Shown here in pieces: positions 15,757 to 20,000 of a DNA stretch of 20,000 nt. The position numbers were made by a program, and so were the translations under genes. Under the pieces are notes generated by a model. The model saw only the letters and a list, made by a program, of their open reading frames with translations, was not told where the DNA came from and searched no databases. Where the stretch lies: IMG/VR virus record IMGVR_UViG_3300023184_000097. The stretch is one strand, 5' to 3'. This stretch comes from an uncultured virus (IMG/VR IMGVR_UViG_3300023184_000097). Taxonomy: Duplodnaviria > Heunggongvirae > Uroviricota > Caudoviricetes. The stretch's first letter is position 1. The number at the start of each line of letters is the position of its first letter.

Positions 15757-16344
15757 CTATAGATTAGAAAAGGCATAAATCAAACTTCCCTTTTTAGTTA
15801 GATCTATCACCTCTTTACAATCTTTTTCTGACATAGAGAAACATCCCCAGCTCCATGGTGTTGACTGAACCTCGCTATTGTGGAATATGATTGCTCTTTT
15901 TCTGACGTTGCTATTTCTTTTTTCTAATCCATCGACTCTCATTGAATAGCCATAAGATCCATTATATGTTTCTGATGTTCTCATATATCCAAGAGAAGAT
16001 TTTTTCGAATCAATTTGATTAGAGAATTGAGTTGGTATAGAAAGCATCCCAGATCCTTTGCCGTGGCAAACCTTTGCAGATTTGATTATTTTATTCGAAT
16101 CTAGATCTACTACGAAAAGCCTTTCAGTTTCCATTGGTCTAGTAAAATCGACTATAATAACCCTTTTGGTGGACAGATCTTTATAATACTTAGAGTATCC
16201 AAGTTTAGCCAAAGCTATAATGCTGTCTTTGTACTTTTGTATATTATCAACTTTAGGCTTAATGTTAACCCCCTTCTTTGTTTGTGCATTTATGCAGGAG
16301 GTAACTAATAGCAGAACTATTAGAACGTTAAATATCTTTTTCAT
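15757..16344 (-). CDS. Exported murein L,D-transpeptidase catalytic domain protein (YkuD_2-like)
   Basis: Signal peptide; IVDFT.P..ERLFVVDL, HGKGS, FSN..SSLG, DGLE..N..RAIIFH, SWGC. Confidence 0.85.
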   Translation of the reverse strand: MKKIFNVLIVLLLVTSCINAQTKKGVNIKPKVDNIQKYKDSIIALAKLGYSKYYKDLSTKRVIIVDFTRPMETERLFVVDLDSNKIIKSAKVCHGKGSGMLSIPTQFSNQIDSKKSSLGYMRTSETYNGSYGYSMRVDGLEKRNSNVRKRAIIFHNSEVQSTPWSWGCFSMSEKDCKEVIDLTKKGSLIYAFSNL

Positions 16345-16363
16345 TGATCTGATTATTTATTTA

Positions 16364-16395
16364 CAAATATAAATCAAATTCTCGGGAATAAAAAA
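16364..16395 (-). promoter_or_regulatory. Bacteroidota-type sigma promoter (-7 TAnnTTTG)
   Basis: Minus strand TTTTTTATTCCC-N12-TATATTTG (box at 16364-16371), 19 nt upstream of ATG 16344 and right after a terminator. Confidence 0.6.
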
Positions 16396-16401
16396 TACCA
16401 C

Positions 16402-16431
16402 AAAAAAAGTCAGAAGTTGCTTCTGACTTTT
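16402..16431 (-). terminator. Intrinsic terminator after the Tlde1-like gene
   Basis: A7-GTCAGAAG-ttg-CTTCTGAC-T4; U7 tail on the minus strand. Confidence 0.85.
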
Positions 16432-16441
16432 AATTATTTAA

Positions 16442-17527
16442 TTATGATCTTCTTTTCTTGAGTACTTCTGGTTTGATTACTATGTCATCCTTTCCTAATG
16501 AATCTATAATCTCCTTATCCGTTACAGTATACCACGTATTTGGGTTTGTCCTTACTGAAGGCGACATTGTATATGGTTGGGACGCAACGTCTATTGTTGC
16601 GTCTTTTTTAAATGTAGAATAATCTATTTTAACCTCTATTGTTTTTTCCCCAGTTTTTTCTCTCCATTGAGCATAATATTTAGCAAAATCACCGCTGTTT
16701 GTTACTAGATCTATACATCCGATTGATCCTGGTGTGCTTCCCCCATGTAGATAAAAACTATTTCTACCTAATGTGTCTGTACCTGCCTTAGGCTTTAAAG
16801 CCCATCTATAATCTCCCCATGCAATTTTAGACATCTTAGTATTCTGAATAAACTCGTGTCCCTCAGTATCCTTTACTGGACTCCCGGGTAAATCTGAAAC
16901 CGTAGATTTGGCAACCGCACTTTTAACGTAGTTTGCATCGGTTTTCCATTTTGAATCTGAAGGTCTGTGCTGGGTTACCCCTAAAGTGTATAATCCAGGA
17001 GGCGTAGGTCCTTCCTTCTTAGCCTTAGCCCATTCTGCGTGAGACATGGTATACCTTTTATTCCAAATGGCTGGCTTCATATACCAGTGGTAATACGTTC
17101 TTCCTGATACAGCAGTCCAAGATTTAGTCACTTTACCGTTTTCTATAAATTCAAGCTTGTTACCGTTAAAAAGTAAATAATCCTTAGATTTTTCTGTGGT
17201 ATTATTATTAATTTTCTTTCCCCCAGTTTTTTTATCAAGATATTTCATAATCTTTGGAGTAAGAGCTTTACCATCTGTACCCTTTAGCTCTTTGCTAGTT
17301 TCAGCAACTTTTCTAATTGCCTTTTCTGTATTCACCCCATAAAATCCATCTACCTCTATCTTTGGAGCGTCTTCAGGTAAAGCTAGATTCAACTTAGCCT
17401 GATATTCTTTGATTTTATCGTAATTTTCTCCAGATTTAGATAAATTTATTTTTTGTATTAAACCGGATTTAATTTCGTTTTCGCTCTCGTTAAGGCTAAA
17501 GTCATTGAAAAGTTTTAGGTTTTTCAT
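16442..17527 (-). CDS. CTS-like propeptide + PG-binding domain + DUF2778/Tlde1-like L,D-transpeptidase-fold domain
   Basis: MKNLKLFNDFSLNE-S; IKEYQAKL..VDGFYGVNTEKAI; AVSG, GPTPPGLY, WGDYRW.L.P, GRNSFYLHGG..GSIGCI. Confidence 0.8.
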   Translation of the reverse strand: MKNLKLFNDFSLNESENEIKSGLIQKINLSKSGENYDKIKEYQAKLNLALPEDAPKIEVDGFYGVNTEKAIRKVAETSKELKGTDGKALTPKIMKYLDKKTGGKKINNNTTEKSKDYLLFNGNKLEFIENGKVTKSWTAVSGRTYYHWYMKPAIWNKRYTMSHAEWAKAKKEGPTPPGLYTLGVTQHRPSDSKWKTDANYVKSAVAKSTVSDLPGSPVKDTEGHEFIQNTKMSKIAWGDYRWALKPKAGTDTLGRNSFYLHGGSTPGSIGCIDLVTNSGDFAKYYAQWREKTGEKTIEVKIDYSTFKKDATIDVASQPYTMSPSVRTNPNTWYTVTDKEIIDSLGKDDIVIKPEVLKKRRS

Positions 17528-17550
17528 TTATAATTTTTTTAAATTTAGTC

Positions 17551-17570
17551 TATATATCACAATATATATA
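17551..17570. promoter_or_regulatory. Back-to-back late-type motifs: GATATATA (-) and AATATATA (+)
   Basis: TATATATC at 17551-17558, 23 nt upstream of ATG 17527 (-); AATATATATA at 17561-17570 just upstream of ATG 17575 (+). Confidence 0.65.
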
Positions 17571-17574
17571 AGAT

Positions 17575-17790
17575 ATGATACCAAGTAAAGAATATTTAGA
17601 TCACATAGCGAAAAGACTGGAAGCAATGAATCCCAATATAGTCAATGGGGTTAATATCATTCAGGAGCCATATAAGATGCCAAGCTTTGAGGATCAATTA
17701 GGTCAAACTGCAATGGCTTATCTTGCAAACAAAAAAAATCAGGAACATATAGCTCCTGATCCTTTATTCTCCGATAGAAATACCTATTAA
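17575..17790 (+). CDS. Hypothetical protein
   Basis: 71-aa ORF filling the gap, preceded by a late-type motif. Confidence 0.6.
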   Translation: MIPSKEYLDHIAKRLEAMNPNIVNGVNIIQEPYKMPSFEDQLGQTAMAYLANKKNQEHIAPDPLFSDRNTY

Positions 17791-17851
17791 AGGCCGATTA
17801 TTTGACATATAAGCGGACATCTTTCTATATCCATAACTACCATAAGATTTT

Positions 17852-18403
17852 CTATTGTGTCCTTCTAGCGGCTTCTAATGAGCTCTTAGGGATGTCTATT
17901 TTTTCGCCATACCAAAGGAAATTATCCAGATCAGTATCTTTCATGGCAATCACCATTGACTCAATCTCCATACCGGTCTCGTAGTAGTTTGTAACAAACC
18001 ATTTTATTCTATCCTCCTGACTCCAGGTGTCCTCATAGTTTTTGTAGGATTTTTCCTCCACAAAAAGCGAACCGTATTTTATGTTGATCCCTTTTTTGAT
18101 CTCTGCTCTTTTATCGTTTGTGTAATAAACGGATCTAGCAAGCTCTATGAAATCCTGATCAAATTCATTCACTCTTTCCTTATCTCTAAGATCATCCTCG
18201 ATAACCCATAGCTTCTCGTTAATCGAAACAAGATTTAAAAAATCATCTTCAGAAACCCTTAATTCGTCAAATACGATTTCATAAAGGTAATCATACTCTT
18301 TAGTTACGTTTTCTAATTTACCAGAATCAGTTATATTATTTTTTTTGATACTTAATATGGATAGCTTATCTACTATCTCTCCGATTGAAACTTCTATTTT
18401 CAT
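17852..18403 (-). CDS. DUF6165-like protein with C-terminal extension
   Basis: VSIGEIVDKLSIL.IK, IN.KLW.IED, FIELARSVYYTND.RA, VEEKSY, followed by ~60 extra aa. Confidence 0.75.
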   Translation of the reverse strand: MKIEVSIGEIVDKLSILSIKKNNITDSGKLENVTKEYDYLYEIVFDELRVSEDDFLNLVSINEKLWVIEDDLRDKERVNEFDQDFIELARSVYYTNDKRAEIKKGINIKYGSLFVEEKSYKNYEDTWSQEDRIKWFVTNYYETGMEIESMVIAMKDTDLDNFLWYGEKIDIPKSSLEAARRTQ

Positions 18404-18419
18404 ATATTTTATTTTTATT

Positions 18420-19145
18420 TTATTCCCAGTATTTCTGATCCTTGTAGAAGTGTTTCTTGTCGCCTCTATTAAACCAATTTTTCATGACCATCCTAAGCAT
18501 CTTGATATATCCGAATTTCTTAAATCTTCGGTTATCCTGGGTTATCAGATTTGGTATGAGTTTAAAGTTATTGGTTTTTATTTGTCTGCTTAGCAACCAA
18601 TCCTCAGACTGATGTACCATCTCATCAAATCCTCCCAGCTCTACAAATTTTTCCCTTGATATTAGCATAAATGCACCGATTGCAAATGGATCTATCATTG
18701 ACATTATTCTAGTGGTTAATCTATTGAATGAAAATATTAGACTTGCTGCCAGATCAGCTTCACCCATATATTCTGGGGTTGTCCCGATAAGTTCAAGATG
18801 CGGATTTTCTTTAAGTTCATTAGAAGAAATGTCTATTGCTGCCAAATCGGTAAATGTTATATCAGCATCCAAGAATAATATAAATGGGGTTTTAACTAGG
18901 CCAGCCCCTCTATTTCTCCCCACTGAAACTGCTCCTCCTTCTATAACCTCTATTTTCAGGTTGTTGTCTTCGGATTTTATGAATTCTTCTATTTTTTGAA
19001 TCGTAGAATCAGTGGATCCACCATCGGCAATAATAACTCTCATTCCTTTTGTCCCTGATTGAATAGATATCTCATCAAGGGTTCTTTTAATGTAATTTTC
19101 CTCGTTTTTACAAGGAATAACGATGCTCAAATAATCCTTTATCAT
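18420..19145 (-). CDS. Glycosyltransferase family 2
   Basis: SIVIPCKNEE, IADGGSTDST, GRNRGA, LFLDAD, GGFDE, SED, RRF. Confidence 0.92.
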   Translation of the reverse strand: MIKDYLSIVIPCKNEENYIKRTLDEISIQSGTKGMRVIIADGGSTDSTIQKIEEFIKSEDNNLKIEVIEGGAVSVGRNRGAGLVKTPFILFLDADITFTDLAAIDISSNELKENPHLELIGTTPEYMGEADLAASLIFSFNRLTTRIMSMIDPFAIGAFMLISREKFVELGGFDEMVHQSEDWLLSRQIKTNNFKLIPNLITQDNRRFKKFGYIKMLRMVMKNWFNRGDKKHFYKDQKYWE

Positions 19146-19809
19146 AAACTATATAGCTATTATTTTCTATCCAGTCTCCACAATTAAGATAGTGGATTCC
19201 GTCAATGTGGATATCAGCCACTGTGTGTATATGCCCACAGATAACTCCAGTGCATTCTCTTTTCTTAGCCTGAAAGACTAATTGCTTTTCAAAAGATGTT
19301 ATGAATTTAATCGCTCCTTTAACCTTGTTCTTTAAATATTTACTCAGTGACCTTTTATAACCTAGTCTTTTAAGAAATCTATCTAGAGATATTGCCATCT
19401 CATAGCCAACAGATCCCAGCATTCCGAGCCACTTTAACTTAACAACTCCATCATAAAGATCTCCGTGTGTTATGTAGTACCCTTTAAATTTAGCCTCGTC
19501 AACTACCTTTATATTATCGCCAAGAAATAGCGGAACATAATGTCTTAGGAATTCGTCATGATTTCCTGTTATGTAAGTTACGTTAGTTCCGTTTTTGCTG
19601 TATGATAATATTTTTCTGATTAGATTGGTGTTCTGCTGTGTCCAATAGTGTCTTTTCTTAAGAAGCCATCCATCAATAAAATCCCCAACTATAAAGAGTT
19701 CCTCAGGATCGTACATTTTTAGTGTTTCTAAAAGTTTTCCTGAATTCGATCCCTTGCTGCCCAAATGGACATCTGATATAAATAGGGCTTTTACTTTTTC
19801 TGCTTTCAT
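19108..19809 (-). CDS. Calcineurin-like metallophosphoesterase, LpxH/PlcP family (GNHD type)
   Basis: ISDVHLG, VGDFIDGW, GNHDEFLR, HGD, CGHIH, NCGDW. Confidence 0.88.
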   Translation of the reverse strand: MKAEKVKALFISDVHLGSKGSNSGKLLETLKMYDPEELFIVGDFIDGWLLKKRHYWTQQNTNLIRKILSYSKNGTNVTYITGNHDEFLRHYVPLFLGDNIKVVDEAKFKGYYITHGDLYDGVVKLKWLGMLGSVGYEMAISLDRFLKRLGYKRSLSKYLKNKVKGAIKFITSFEKQLVFQAKKRECTGVICGHIHTVADIHIDGIHYLNCGDWIENNSYIVYDKGLFEHRYSL

Positions 19810-20000
19810 TACTTTTTCATTAGGCTATTGTCATAGTACTCGGTTAAAGATTTAGATAGCTCAATACCGCCATCATAAAAGAATTTAACTGCATATCTAT
19901 CTACTTTAGGTTTATCCTCATTTTCAAATCTTCCGTCCATCTCATAGAGAACATAAAGATCCTCACTTAAAATAAATGCTAAATCAGCTATGAAAGTTTG
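19809..20000 (-). CDS. 3' part of a hypothetical protein (partial)
   Basis: Open frame from 20000 (QTFIADLAFILSEDLYVLYEMDGRFENE..) to TAA at 19809-19811, TAATG-coupled to the next gene. Confidence 0.75.
   Translation of the reverse strand, partial: QTFIADLAFILSEDLYVLYEMDGRFENEDKPKVDRYAVKFFYDGGIELSKSLTEYYDNSLMKK

Noticed and set aside
224..18999. Short antisense ORFs in the track (e.g. 224-430, 785-1027, 1884-2138, 3924-4115, 7427-7675, 8526-8867, 11063-11416, 12286-12492, 12949-13233, 17802-17984, 18712-18999)
   Set aside because: They lie opposite better-supported genes and show no recognisable motifs; shadow ORFs.
1..20000. Stop-codon reassignment (code 15 or 4), as in some large phages
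   Set aside because: Coding density is high in the standard code. TAG ends genes at natural positions (1295, 9105 before a terminator, 10118, 15757) and TGA occurs in ATGA overlaps.

Overview
AT-rich, gene-dense segment of what is most likely a large T4-like/jumbo dsDNA phage (standard genetic code). The host is probably Bacteroidota: starts have A-rich leaders without Shine-Dalgarno motifs, and there are TAnnTTTG -7 promoter boxes. The window encodes a Dda-like SF1B helicase, an AEP/prim-pol-like protein, a DEDDh exonuclease, a HAD (Swiss-Army-knife type) phosphatase, a lysis module (PG-binding + GH19 endolysin, holin candidate), two different L,D-transpeptidase-fold proteins, an SGNH hydrolase, and a PlcP/LpxH-like phosphoesterase + GT2 pair. 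A recurrent GATATATA motif (candidate late promoter) precedes genes whose products often carry T4-CTS-like N-terminal propeptides. The most striking observation, not visible in the ORF track, concerns the two free-standing homing endonuclease genes (GIY-YIG at 129-1298; Vsr/DUF559-like at 13779-14576). Each sits between two divergently coded copies of a terminus of the neighbouring gene (helicase C-terminal 20 codons; HAD N-terminal 9 codons), with a GATATATA motif at the cassette edge. This suggests intron-less insertion into a conserved motif with replacement of the gene end. There is also a probable deletion junction joining a truncated thioredoxin to a truncated lysis-operon gene, several short-indel frameshifts, and a tRNA-like intergenic structure. 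All family calls are from motif recognition by eye; no searches were run.
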